DNA of 64,000 bases from Vicugna vicugna. Its lineage: Eukaryota. Shown here in pieces: positions 12,673-25,433 of the stretch. The translations under genes were made by a program, and so were the position numbers. The notes beneath the pieces are model-generated. The model worked only from the letters and a program-made list of their open reading frames with translations, searched no databases and was not told the origin of the DNA. Position 1 is the stretch's first letter; every line of letters begins with the position of its first letter. The stretch lies in contig MU057744.1 in the NCBI GenBank assembly GCA_013265495.1, positions 870,001 through 934,000 of the forward strand, in the 5' to 3' direction.

Positions 12673-14611
12673 TTCTTGGTAGTGAAAGATTTAGCAAAAC
12701 CTTTAAAAGAACTTTTTACCCTAACTAGACTTTTTTAATTCCTAGAACTCACTCTAATACACAATTTTAACTAAGCTTAAAACAAATCACAATAAAGAAA
12801 AGAAATGGAAATGACCAGAGATTCTCTCCGATAAGAGACAGCTTGAATAATAACCTTTATCTTTAACTGAGGGAACAGCGAAGTAATGTTACCAAAAAGG
12901 TTTTTAAACTTACAGTAATAATAGCAGAAAAAGTGCAAAACATTCACGTTTCCTCAGCCTCTGAAGAACACTGAGAGTAACTCTCATTAATTTACCAGCA
13001 AGATGACTTCCTCACTTTTCAGACAAGTTTACCTTAAGGTGCCGCTCCCCCACCACACAACACTTACATCCCTCAGAATGAAAAGCAGCAGTGGAGGCGG
13101 CTGCAACCAAGCCAGCTGGGCTTACTCGACTTAAGGAGGCGCCGCCGCCACCGCTGCCACCACCACCATAAAGACTCCGGGTCTAGAAAGGCTGGAAATG
13201 GACAAGAAAACAATTAACCAGTGAGCTCTCACTGCCTTCTGACCTTGTTCCTCCAAGGGGCGGCTGAAGGTTCTTAAAAGGGGGGCAAGCCAACTAAGTA
13301 CAATTGAAAATATGCCACTAGCTCATCACTGAACACATTTCAGACTTTGGCAGGATAAGACAGGGGTCTAAGAGCACTTATTTACTGCATAAAAGACTGA
13401 TACCCGCGTTGCGCATACAGACGCAACCTTCCAAAGTGATCACATTAGACATACTAACATTTTTCAAAAATAACCAATATTTTAAATATTAAGGATATTT
13501 CAATTCCAGGTTTAGAAAATGACAGTTTAGGATTTATGAAGTCATCTGTTGGTACAAGTCACACGAAGTACCATCTATACACAAAGAGCCAGAGAAGAAC
13601 GTGTGGGGGAAGGGGAAGCTTTTGAGGTCTGAGCTAACCCACCTGCTTGCGCAGCGTACCGAGGAAAATCAGACTGAGAGACGATTGCATAGACAGCATT
13701 CTAAAATAAAACCCTTCAAAAATGCTCACTTTAACTTAAAATAGTAAGCTTTTTGTGTACACAATGTTTTAAATTGGTGTTATAAATCCATATAACCTCA
13801 TTCAAATTTTATCAAGATGGAAACTAAGTATTTTAAGTATTTATGCAATTTTTTTGGGCTGTTTTCTTAAACAAAAATTTCTAAAATTGGAGTAGGGACA
13901 AAGAAATGCACAGTCAACAGAAACTGATTCATCGGGTCTAAGTCAAGAATCCTGTTGCCCCAGCCCCCCGCACATGTGTGGAACCTGGCTGGGCAGCACA
14001 GGGGACAGTACTTGGTCACCTTTACCGAAGCAGGTCCTCTACATCCAAACAAAACAGCAGCAACAGCAAGGAAAAATCGTCAATAAAACCCAGTGACGGT
14101 GAGGCTGAAGTCTCGGGAGTCGCACGTGGCTTCTGTAACTGCACACTGACGGGGTCATCCATCACTCCCATTTCAGGTGACACCAGGGCTAGGCCAGGCT
14201 AGAAGCACGTTAGAGGTCCCTGACACACACCTGCCCTACACAACACGTGCTCCCCAGCTCTCCTCCTCCTCAACAGACTGTCATCAGGATGGAGACGCAG
14301 TCACTCCGGTGTGACCACTGGAAATAACAGAGTGAGCGCACAACCAATTCTAAACAAACAGAAGAGCAGAACATCCAGCAGATGGAGATGCAGTGTCCGT
14401 AAAACACGTTTTAAAAGTATATCCTTCATTTATAAATATCTCTCATTGATAACCTATTAAGAAGCATAAATATTCAAGTGAACTTTTGAATTTTCTCTTT
14501 AAGAGTTCCGGATTCTTGAAGTCTGAAAACCGTCTCCTTCTGCTGACTGTCCAAGACTAAAAAGGCTTCACACAGTCACTTTATGTCTCTAATTAGACAT
14601 AAAAGCCTCTA

Positions 14612-14672
14612 TTACCTACTGTGTTGTAATAAGACTTTGAAGTTCTGTAACTCTCTTATACTTGTAGAAAGC
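14612..14672 (-). CDS. ERO1B: ERO1B exon 16 coding part (R-LSTSIRELQNFKVLLQHSR*)
   Basis: AG acceptor at 14673-14674 after a pyrimidine tract; TAA stop followed immediately by TAG. Confidence 0.97.
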
Positions 14673-16169
14673 CTAGAGGAGGGAAAAAAAGGCGTATTAG
14701 TTCAGCTAATATGATGTGTACATATTTCAAATTATAGAAATTCAGGGCTGACACAGTAAAAACCGAATGTTTCTCTTTCTAAGATGGCAGACGCAGTACT
14801 GAGCTCCCTTCTTTACTTTAAGCACTCAAGAAGGAATAACTTTTCTTCTATCGAGAGCTTAAGGTATGCTAGCCAATGTTCTGAGCCCATCACACATATA
14901 ATCTCATTAGCTGTAAAAGATAAAAAAAAAACCTACAAGGCAAATAAAATTAACCCCAATTTTACATATTAGGAAAGCAGAGGCTCAAATGTGCAATTCC
15001 CCAGGGTCACTGAGCTGGTGGACGGGTCCTAACCAGCTCAACAGATCCCAAGGCCACATGACTCTCAGAAAATCCATGCTCTCTGTGGCCTTAAAAGCAT
15101 TCTCTTTATACTCTTACAAGTTGTATCAATTCTGACTCTAATCCTCAGACTATTAGAGGATTGAAACGGTGCTTAATTATTAGGGGAAAAAAAGACTATA
15201 AACATGTGAAATCATATGCTATACCTCAAAGTACCTGTTTAAAAAAAATACGTATCAAAATACACACGAAGATGAGGTGGAGGCCAAGGTCCATAACTAA
15301 AGAAAAGAGCTTAATAAAGAGCAGCAGGTGAAAGATGAAGGAAGACGCCAAAGCCTGATTTAGACACAAGGAGGAGCGTATGTGCAGCAGAAACCAGCAT
15401 GACACTGTCAACTGACTATTCTTTGAAAAATAAAAGAAAAAGAAAAAGAAAACTCAAATGTTATCCCAGAAGCGAACCCTGGTTGCCTGTCCCCCTGGAA
15501 GTGCAAGCTCACCAGCAAGATACAGCAGTCTCTGGGAGATGCATTCCAGACCTTACCATTTACTACAGAGAGATGTGCCACGCTCCCTGTCATCACGCTA
15601 AGGCAGGCACCCTGGCCCAGCACACGCACCTGCAGCGGCCTGCTGCTCTGCCAGTACTCGGAGAGGGCACTAAAATACACTGTAATATCCAACAGGCATG
15701 TTAATGCCATGTCTGTTTGTGCCCTGGAACGTAAACCATTTGACATAAATGTTGAAACTATCAAAAAATGGCCGTTTGTGTAGGAAAGACATTTGCAGAG
15801 CATTCAAGGTAAAGAAACCACACTTCCCAGGGTTCCACGTCCAGAACCAAAGACCCCTGCGTATTGCGTGTCTGCCCACGAGCACCACACGATGAGGAGA
15901 TGCCATGCTGGGTGCCCAGCAGGGGTGGGGCTGTATCATACCGGTGGCTCGACCAAGAAAGCTACCCATTCATGAAGAACTAACGCGCAGATTTCAGAAC
16001 ACTGGGGCCCAACTCTGAGCAGAGCAGTAAAAGGCAGTAACAGGCTCCAGCTACAGAACCGAAGCCGGAAGTGTCGAGTTTCTGAGTGTTCCTTTTAAGA
16101 CTCAGAACAATTCTGAGGAGGTTAACATCTGCTTCTTTCTCAATTTAATTTTATTTGAATTTACTTGTT

Positions 16170-16435
16170 TTAAGAAGCAGACTCACAGATACAGAGAACA
16201 AGGCAGTGGTTACCAGTGGAGAGAGGGAAGGGAGAAAGGCGACATAGGCAGGGTTAGTAGATTAAGAGGTACACACTATTACGTATAAGTACAAGGATAC
16301 ACTGTGCAGCACAGGGAACATGGCCAGCAGTTTATAATAACTATACATGGGGTAGAACCGTTAAAAACTGTGAATCACTATACTGTACAACTGATACACG
16401 GAATACTGTGTATCATAAGAAAAAATTTTAAACTG
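16170..16435 (+). mobile_element. L1 3' end fragment
   Basis: aagcagactcacagatacagagaacaa...gtgcagcacagggaac...gtgaatcactatactgtaca, typical of a laurasiatherian L1 3'UTR. Confidence 0.8.
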
Positions 16436-16722
16436 TTTAAAATCTTTAAAAGTTTCATTTTAAATAATTTAAATTTAGTTCAATTTCTCCTGTTTTAGCT
16501 TACTACAGGCCTCATGAGTGGGTGGACTGAATTTTTCATCAAACACCAATTACCGATGGACATTCTATGTCTGTCCTGTGTTTGAAAGCTCAAACAACAT
16601 GGTCATCTTTAAATACAGAGGAGCGACAGATGAAATCTTTGCTATTAAGATGGGGGATTAACTTATTTTTAATCTAACTGCCTCTTTCTAACTTAAAAAT
16701 GCATGTTAAGAAAACATCAAGA

Positions 16723-16801
16723 GCAGCGAGGGAATAGCTCAGTGGTAGAGTGTGTGCTTAGCATACAAACACTCCCCCCAATTAAAAAAAGAGAAAAAAA
16801 A
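16723..16801 (+). mobile_element. Internally deleted tRNA-derived SINE (camelid Vic-1-like)
   Basis: gagggaatagctcagtggtagagtgtgtgcttagcat head (A box) plus A tail; near-TSD aagaaaaca(t)caaga on both sides. Confidence 0.7.
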
Positions 16802-17439
16802 AAGAAAACACAAGAATCTCTGTATCACTCGGTTCTCTATTTTTTAAAAAGCATTCCTCCTTGATTTGACTTTGCTGCCCTTTTCCCAGGGCAGCACAGT
16901 ACTGTTTGCTCTTATTTTTTTCTGTGGTCCTTTGCCTTCTCGTCTGTATTCTGTAGTTAGGTGGTACTGCATGCACCTCTGTAGGCAAATTCAAATTATT
17001 TCCAAAATCATCTGTGGTCTAAGGAGGCCGTCTGTCTGGATACAGAGGGAAAACAGGGCAAGAACGAGTGCCTCCGCAGCTCAAGGAACAGCTGGAGGTT
17101 TCACCTCTTCTTCCTCCCCACTGTCTGAACCAGACCGCCCTCACCCCTGCTGCTGCCCGGGAGCAAGTGAGACCAGCCAGGGGGGTCCTGTCAGGAGAAC
17201 ATCTCCCCACAAGACTGAGAAGGCCAACTGGGAAACACTGGCGTCTGAGACTGTGAGTTTTCCCTGTAACCTGCAGAGAAACTGGCTTGTCCGTGCAGAC
17301 GTGACCCTGTATCACAGTAACCATCTATGTCAACAAAACACAGCAAAACAAACCACTTTAGCAGAGGAGACGATGGTCTCTGCCGTCTGCTGAAACCAGC
17401 AGGGGAATCAAGAGTCTCTACTGGGAACACAGTTCTTAC

Positions 17440-17573
17440 CTCCCAAAAGCATTTAAAAGAGCAACTATTTCCTGTCGAGTGAGTTGGAAACCTTTAGACG
17501 GGCTGTTCTCTGGCAGCTTTTGGATCTCTTTTTCAGAGAACAGTATCTTCAGGGCAGTTCCTAAACCCTGAGT
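17440..17573 (-). CDS. ERO1B: ERO1B exon 15 ([45 protein letters not shown])
   Basis: 134 nt, AG/GTAAGA boundaries. Confidence 0.97.
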
Positions 17574-18545
17574 CTGAAAAAAATAGTGATAAACTTGCAG
17601 TTAAATTCATACAATAACAACTACTATAAAGGTTTAAAGGAATACTCCCAGTCACTTTGATGAGAGCCAGGAAATTCATATGAACTTAACTTTTCACCAA
17701 AATGTTGAACTATACAAAATACAGTTTCTACTTCCTCACAAATTACACATACAATAAATTTACCTAAGCTGTTAGAGAAACCTGAATAGTTTAACAGTTT
17801 TTGGACACATACTTTTCCAAATTACTAAAATGCCTTTTTTAAATCTAGAAAATATCACGTTAGGATTACAATGTTCAGTATGTCACCTGGAAAGCATTCT
17901 TCGCAGCCCCCAGCAAGTCAAAACTTAGAAACTATACGCTTAAGTATAGTGAGACCTGTACTTAATAATTTCTCAATTATTAGCACTAGAGGAAAAAAAA
18001 TCTGATTTCAGTGCAGCCTCCATTAATGCAATTCTGCCTCTTAACTGTCTATGACTTACTATCACCTTTGTTAAAAAATGAAAGAAAGTATCACACAATC
18101 CTTTTCCCGCTGAGTCCGCAGGGAAACGGGCCTCTCGGCAGAACTGCCCTGTTCTGTGACTAGCGGGCCTCCTCTGGATCACTGACACAAATTCAGCGAC
18201 CAAAAATTGATAATAAATAAAATTAAAATTATATTTTACCCTTTATGTAGGTATGTAAAATACTAATATACTCTGTTTATAACCACCACCTTCAGAAATG
18301 AATCTGAGATTGTACCAGCAGAAACAGATACAGTAAAGCCAAAAATCACCGACCTTGAGTAACAGGAAAACGTCTACACACACATACGTAAAACACACCG
18401 TTTAATATTAATTGTTTTTATAACTAAAACAGAAAAAGCACATTTCTAATTCAATGAATGAGGACATTCTAATAAAAACTTTCAACTTCTCAGTGGAGAA
18501 ATTTAAGGTTAGCGATAGTTTCAGAACAGAAGACAACACACGAAC

Positions 18546-18632
18546 CTGTAATTTGCCCCATAATCTGCATTTGTCGCATCCAACACAGTCCATTATACGG
18601 GAGATATTCTTGAAATGTAACCGGAATTCCTC
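18546..18632 (-). CDS. ERO1B: ERO1B exon 14 ([29 protein letters not shown]), inner active site CxxCxxC
   Basis: 87 nt, AG/GTTCGT boundaries; Ero1 signature motif. Confidence 0.98.
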
Positions 18633-19984
18633 CTAACATGTGGAAAATATTTTCATTCTAATTAGACATTTAGAATTAAAATGCATTTGTCTAAATTACA
18701 AAACATAAAAGTTTGGAAACTTATTAATGAATGAGTTGTGTTTTTCAACAGTGAGGAAGAAAAACACTTGAACGTGTAGCGCATGACATGGTACATGAAA
18801 CAGCTAACGTTAATGGTTGTTTGTAAAATTCATTCCACATCTTTGAATTAAGATTTAAGAATTAAGTTTACTGAATTGTAAACTTTTTATTGAGGGGCTA
18901 CTCCATACAAAGAACCAACATGCACACTATGGGGGACACGGAAGTAAATAACACGCTTTTTACTTTGAAGGAGCTTAACTACTGCTCCCATTTGGCATCT
19001 GCACACCACCAGTGGGGAATACACCTGTGTTTCATCCATTTTCAATGCATTGCCTCGGGGGAGTGTGAGTCAGAAAGCTCATCTGAGAGCAATGACTGGT
19101 TTCCGTCTCCCTCCTTAGCACCGCACCTGCCTGTCCCTCGTGCTCCGTGGGCACGATGATCCTGGGGCTACAGGAGAGTAAGGTCCCCCAGGCCCCAGCA
19201 CTGGCCAGTGCGGCTCCTGCCTGCCTACTGTCCTTGGATTTTGCTGTTTCAGTTTCCCACACGGCTGGGTAACTCTTCCGCCTGTGAGCATCTGTGTATG
19301 GGTTTCCGTGACTCGAAGGGCATTCTCACCTTCTCCGAGGACAACACTAGTTAAGAAGTTTCCTCATCGTTTTCGCATAGCAAACACTGGCCATAAAAAT
19401 CATCTTATTGGACAGAGGCAAACATTTTATCGCAAAGAACTGGAGCGAGCCGCCTCAAAACCTGGCCATCACAAGCCCCACCCAGCTGCCAAAGGGTTCA
19501 GAGGAATCAACACTCTGACCAAAAGACGACATAAATAGAACACAAAACTCCTCTGCTCTCCATTCTCATGTAATTCATGTTCTTTGGAGAAAATGGAAAA
19601 ATGGACCTTTAAGTTCTCCTTTATACACCTTTGAAAAACAGCAAACAAAATTTCCCGCACCTAGTTGTGAAACCTTAGTCTGTTCTCAATCTTACTCTCC
19701 TCACCTACAAAATACACAGTCACAGTTGTCTTATCTACTATTGCACAGGGTGTTCTGAAGATCAAAGGTATAATATTTGTATAAACACTTAGAAAACGGA
19801 AGTATTATAAAAATGGATCAACGTTATATTAGATATCACAATAGTAACACGCCTTTAAAACAACCATAAAGCAAAACCACCTTCCAAAACTAAAATACAG
19901 TTGTGGCTGAATAACTTACTGCATTTCAGAAACAGCAAGAAACTCTTACCAGCGGAGAGCCACTCAGTGCTAGTTTATTAGTTC

Positions 19985-20300
19985 TTGTAGCATATCCACA
20001 TCTAAAACACCTTGGGGCCAAACGTGTTTCAGAATTCAGAGTTTCGTAGGTTTTAGAGATACAGTACCTACACCATTTATTATGAGACACCCACCAGAGT
20101 GCACGGCAACACCACGTAACCAAATACACAGTGGTTTTTGCAACAGAACGTAAGGATACTCATACAAAGCAGAATTAAAAAAAAACACTCTAAATAGTGT
20201 TGTATCAGCTCAAGCCTTGCTAACAAACTAATATGTACCAAACATAAAGATGCTTCAGGTTTTGGAGCTTTCTGGAGTTCAGAATTGCATATTAAAAAAA
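19985..20300. mobile_element. Tigger-family MITE relic (MER46-like)
   Basis: ccttggggccaaacgtgtttcagaattcaga ... ggagctttctggagttcagaattgcat resembles MER46C ends as recalled. Confidence 0.5.
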
Positions 20301-20931
20301 AAAGATCGCAGAACTGTAGCAGAAAACCACTTGTCAGGCAGTTCGCAGTGCTTTCATGAGCGCTGTGCGGGGACACCATGTTCCTTAACCACTGTGAGCA
20401 AAGGAGAACGCGGGGCTCCCAGCACGAGTTTCAGCACGTTCCTGAAGTATATTTTCTTTCTGATATCACAGGTCAACGGGTAACTTTTACTTTTTATGTC
20501 ACCCCATAAGGACAAAACCATAATAGTTTCAAAAACTGTAACATTCCGTAAGATAAAATTTAGAAAATATGCTATTTATTGCCTTCAAAATGGCGAACAG
20601 TGCATGATTTTTTTGAGAGATGCATCAAAGCAGCAATGCACACTGTGATTTTAAAGAAAACTTTCTCTCAAAATGATGCCTTTTAAAAAGACATTTATAA
20701 AGATGTGATTAGTCAGAGTCATGACTGAGGATTCACTAAGCAGCTGGTCAAACTAGAAAGGAGAAAGGAGCTGAGAAGGAAGGAGGCAGAGGTTTCTGTA
20801 TCAACTACAGTAAAATCCAGTCCGACCAACTTCAGCAAAATGGAGAACTGGCGAAGAAAGTTTAGATGAATGGGATTAAAACACAACCAGTAAACTGCCC
20901 CCACCCTGATCCCCAGTCAACAACTTTTTAC

Positions 20932-21001
20932 CTTTAACGACTTGGCTCCCTTTTTGTCACCTGCGAACATGGACCTCTCATCAAAGTGCATGGGGAAGGA
21001 C
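20932..21001 (-). CDS. ERO1B: ERO1B exon 13 ([24 protein letters not shown])
   Basis: 70 nt, AG/GTAAAA boundaries. Confidence 0.97.
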
Positions 21002-21792
21002 CTGGGGATGACAATACTGTAAGTTACGGACGAAAAATTCACGCTCTGGTGGCATCTTCTATTCCTACAAATACCACACTTTTTCAAATTCACACTTTAC
21101 TCATGTGTCAGGATTGGTAACGTAGGAAAGTGGCAAACAGTTCACAAACAGACTATTCAATAAAAGAGTCAAGCAAGATTAAAAGGGCTTTGTGATTTGT
21201 AAGACTGTAACATTTTGAAAAAATTACATGATAAAAATAACCTAAAAAATTAACTAAAAACAATTTATATACATAAATGTAAATATCTTTTGAAATGTAA
21301 TGCGTAATTTACCTTAAACACTTCTTAACCCAACTTTCCTCCACGATCATTTTAACCATCAATAAACTTAAGTTTCATAGACCCAGCACTTTGGTTTAAA
21401 GTTAGTCTTACAGAAAGTAAGGTTAGTGTTCCCTTAGACAATACATCGTTAGGCTAACACGCACTACATGTGAATTTTAAAAGCAACTGGAAGAAATCAA
21501 AATCAGTTGAAAGAACATTTAAATAGCATTAAATTTTGAGACTACATAAAATTTAGTTATATTCAAAAATACAGCCTATTCTCAAGCGTGAAAGTTTATA
21601 CAACAATGCTTTATGGATCCTTTTCCGTCATCACTTTTAGAAAAACGCTTAAATGCCGCCACTCCGTGTACACTCTGGTTCTGGCCCCTCCTCCCAGCCT
21701 TCAGGAGGCGGCCTTCGCTGCACTTCAAGCCCCACCCCGCCCAGCTGCAGGGCAGAGCACTTCAGACTACTGACTGGTAATTCAGCTCTTAC

Positions 21793-22039
21793 TTGGTGTC
21801 TTGGAAGATGCTCAGCAGAAGGGCTTTTGTGTCCGCATCGTCTTCCACATTTCCCGTGTAGAGGTCGACAACTGAGCGCTCAAAGTAGGGGGCCACCTTT
21901 GTTAAAGCTCGAAGCTCAATTAAATATAAAAAGTACAGATTCTTTAGCCTTCTTGGACCTTCTCCCTTGGTTTCCACGGGGTCGAAGCGGTGTTTAAATT
22001 CTTTCATATTAGGTCCCCAGCTAGGTTTCCCCCAGGTTT
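21793..22039 (-). CDS. ERO1B: ERO1B exon 12 ([83 protein letters not shown])
   Basis: 247 nt, AG/GTAAGA boundaries; lies within ORF 21789..22061. Confidence 0.98.
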
Positions 22040-22172
22040 CTAAAGAGAAAGAGAGATACATGACATCCTTTTAATAAACAGAATGTTTTTTCCTCTGTGG
22101 AGAGTATGTTATTTTCCCCCAACAATTTTTATACTAATAGAAGGCAAAGTTTCTATGTAAAAGTCTGGTTAC

Positions 22173-22265
22173 CTTCCAGAAGATAATTTGCGCACAGATG
22201 TAAATTGATGCTAGCATGAAGTCCTGATATCAGTTTATAGAAGACTCTTTTCTCCAGACACAAGC
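22173..22265 (-). CDS. ERO1B: ERO1B exon 11 ([31 protein letters not shown])
   Basis: 93 nt, AG/GTAACC boundaries; conserved Ero1 SGLHASI motif. Confidence 0.97.
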
Positions 22266-25200
22266 CTATTCAGGAGAAGATTGAAAAAGAAATCACATCC
22301 ATTTAGATAACAGAAATAATCAAGAAGATGCGGTACACAGGCTGGTTTTTTAAAGTTAAGATTCAAATACATCAAAAATAAATCAAGGAAAAATATAAAA
22401 TAACTGGATCGAGATTCTCTCACTAGAAGGTGAAACAGGATTCTGACTGCAGAATGGCATTAACTGAACACGAGATCCTAATGCAGAAGGAGACGGGAGT
22501 GTCTGGCCTAGCCGAGGCCCACACACTGGGCGCACCTGGTAAGTCCTCGTGCTACCCAGAGGGCAACAGCGCAGCTTTCCCACAGGCTAGGCTCGGGCAA
22601 GGCAGACGCAGGGCCCCGCTGCGGCTCCACAGTAGCTGTTTCTCCTCCTCCCTCCCCTACAGATGCTCCTTATTTGAACCTACCTGACCGCAGAGGGACG
22701 GGAGCCTGAACGCTGCTTCTCTCCTTCCTCCAGAACCCTCAGTGCGTGTCTCACTAGCCCTCTGCCGTGGAACTCTCTAGTTCTACTCAGCTACGTGTTC
22801 CACTCGTAAGGAGCCAAAACGTGGGAAACAGACATCCAGGAATTTCAGCCAATAAGAAACAAAGGTGTGCTGATTATTTACTGAGTAAAATCATATCAAG
22901 ATGGAGTTCAGGAATATGATGGAGGATTATTTTACAGCCTTCTTAAGCCACACAGGCTTTTGCTCAAAACAGAGGTCAAGATTATTTCACAGCCTGTCCT
23001 ACCCCCGTCTCCACTTAAAAATATCTTCTCTTATTATACGGGTAATGCACATCATGAATGCACTTAATCCATTAAAAACATTTAAAAATGCTTAGGATGA
23101 TAAATTTTGTGCTATGTATAATTTATCACAATTGAAAAAGATAAACATGTTTTAGAAAATATTCTTTATAGAAAAATATAATAAATAAATAAAAACGCAA
23201 AAAAGCAAGTTTTAAGACTCCACCAGAGGCAGAACAATAACTTTTTCCCTTTCCTACCACCCAACAGGGTTTGTTTTCGTCTTTTTTGCTTTTTGTTTTT
23301 TTTTAACTTTCCCCCTGGGGGAAAATGGGCTTCAACAGCAGAAAAACTAAAGAAATAACCTCCTGTGTATGCTGGAGGACTTTTAAATGTGTACGTGGCT
23401 TACTCTGCATCTTTTCAGGATCTTTTAGATCTTCAATTTACTCTCCCTGTATGTTCTACCACAGGTGGATCTGAAGCAAGGAGCTTCTAATAGGAAGAAA
23501 TAATTATTTTGAGCTGTCATCCTCTAATTTGGAATGCTTCCTAGAATATTCTCATTGTCATGGATGGAGACCAAAAGGTTGAAATTAAATTCCCTTTTGT
23601 GGAATTTCTGCCTAAAAGTATACGGCCAATTCTGAACGCACATGGTAACAAGGGACACGAACAATGTGAATAACTTTGATATAAACCTTAGGTACTAACT
23701 CCTCCATGACAACTTCTAGTCAATTAAAGCAGCAAAATGATCAGATCTGCAGGTTTACTTTCTCTTCCTTCCAACCTACTTCTCTAAGCAGCAACACGTC
23801 TAAAGACTAGAGAAGGGACAGCCTGTGAAAATTCATGTGGCTGCAAATGAGAACGTGGAAAACTAGGAAGCAGGTCTAGTCTGCAGCCCAGCAGGTCCCT
23901 GAGATAAAATGGGGGTAAAAGCAGGGGCGGAGGGGGGTAGACATGTACTTCCATCAACTGTGAAAACTAGGTCACTCAAGCAAAACAGCCGTAATAAAGA
24001 CGTGCCAAGTGAGTGCACCAACAAGACCCAACCCCGGCAGGAAACTGCTGGAGAGCTGCTCCCGCCCACACTCTGTGGCCAGGCCTGCGCCCGGCAAACC
24101 CACTGCTCAGTTTAGAAAGTGGTTCTCCTCTTCCTCTTCTGGACTTTACTTCATTCAAATTCATTTTCAGCAGCTGAATTATAGGACACCAACTGCTTCG
24201 CTCACAAAAGGGCTGGATTTACTGTGACACTATTATTTGTCATTTGAACACTTCAGCAATTTTACAGGCATCAGCTGCACTCACAGGGCGGGTGAGCTGG
24301 GTAAGCTGGGTCAGCGGCGCGTAAACGGGAGGGCTCTCTGCAGCCAGGCGGCAGCATTCGGGGACTCTCAGTAGCAGGACAGCAGGAGAGTGCCTGACAG
24401 TGTACCCAGCAGTGCCCACAGATTTCACTCTCATCCACCGTTACCAACATCCAGAGTCTCTGACCACCTCTTTTAACTTAAATACTGCTTCTCGCAGTTT
24501 GTACTTTTGGAACAGTGCTAATTAAACAAAGCTAAGCATCCTTCCCCACAAAGGCCATCTGTCAGCGTTAACTCCCAGCAGAGTCTGCACACCAACAACG
24601 TCCTCCTTCACGACGGCTCGGATACGCACACAGCTCGTTAACTAAAGAGAGAACCCCCGTTCATGAGGCTGTGTGACTGACAGACAGACACGAAGTGGAG
24701 CTGCTTAGTTTAACTCTGCAGTGATCCTAATTCAACTTGCTTGTCTTTCATTAATATATTTTAACTTTTGGTTTCATAAATTATGGCAATTTGGTAAATT
24801 TTTTAAAAGCATCATACACCTAGTTATTAACCAAAGTTGTTAAAATCCTAGAACATCCGTTTTCCATTAATAACACTGTGTATTTTCAACACTGGAAAAT
24901 ATAAGATGCAAAAGTACCTAATAGATTGGGGTCTGTATTGTTTTATCCTTTACTCAGACAAGTTTAGACTATATTAACATGTGTAAACCTGTTCAAAAAC
25001 CTTCAGAATTCAAATTTACCTTAATTTCATATGTTAAAAATACTTTCCTCCAAAAAGAATGTTTTTACTTAAAAAAAAAAGATATGCATAGCAGTTACTA
25101 GAAAAGTAGCTTGGATGAGTATTACATACACAACAGCAACAGGACTAGGAATGAATTATGAAAACCTGATGACGGCATCTGCCCTGTATATGTCCATGAA

Positions 25201-25406
25201 ACTAGTTTTCAGCTGACCAACATCCTCAAAATTTTCAAAAACTTTAATTCCAAAACATAATAACCTGAATCATATTATTTTCTTTCAAACACTGTCAAGA
25301 TTAGTTGTCTAGATAATGAATCCTAAATCGTATGAATATATATTAAATAAGTCAATTCATTGTTTGCAAGAAGCCAATAAGATTAAAATACAGACATTAA
25401 GTTTAC

Positions 25407-25433
25407 CTTCTAGCCACGTGTAGAACGACTCTC
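25407..25433 (-). CDS. ERO1B: ERO1B exon 10, 27-nt microexon (GESFYTWLE)
   Basis: T12 tract plus AG acceptor, GTAAAC donor, phase 1-1. Confidence 0.94.

Larger units (their letters stand above)
11685..14611 (-). other. ERO1B: ERO1B 3'UTR (~2.9 kb)
   Basis: Repeat-poor AT-rich sequence running from the stop to an AATAAA on - at 11703-11708. Confidence 0.7.
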
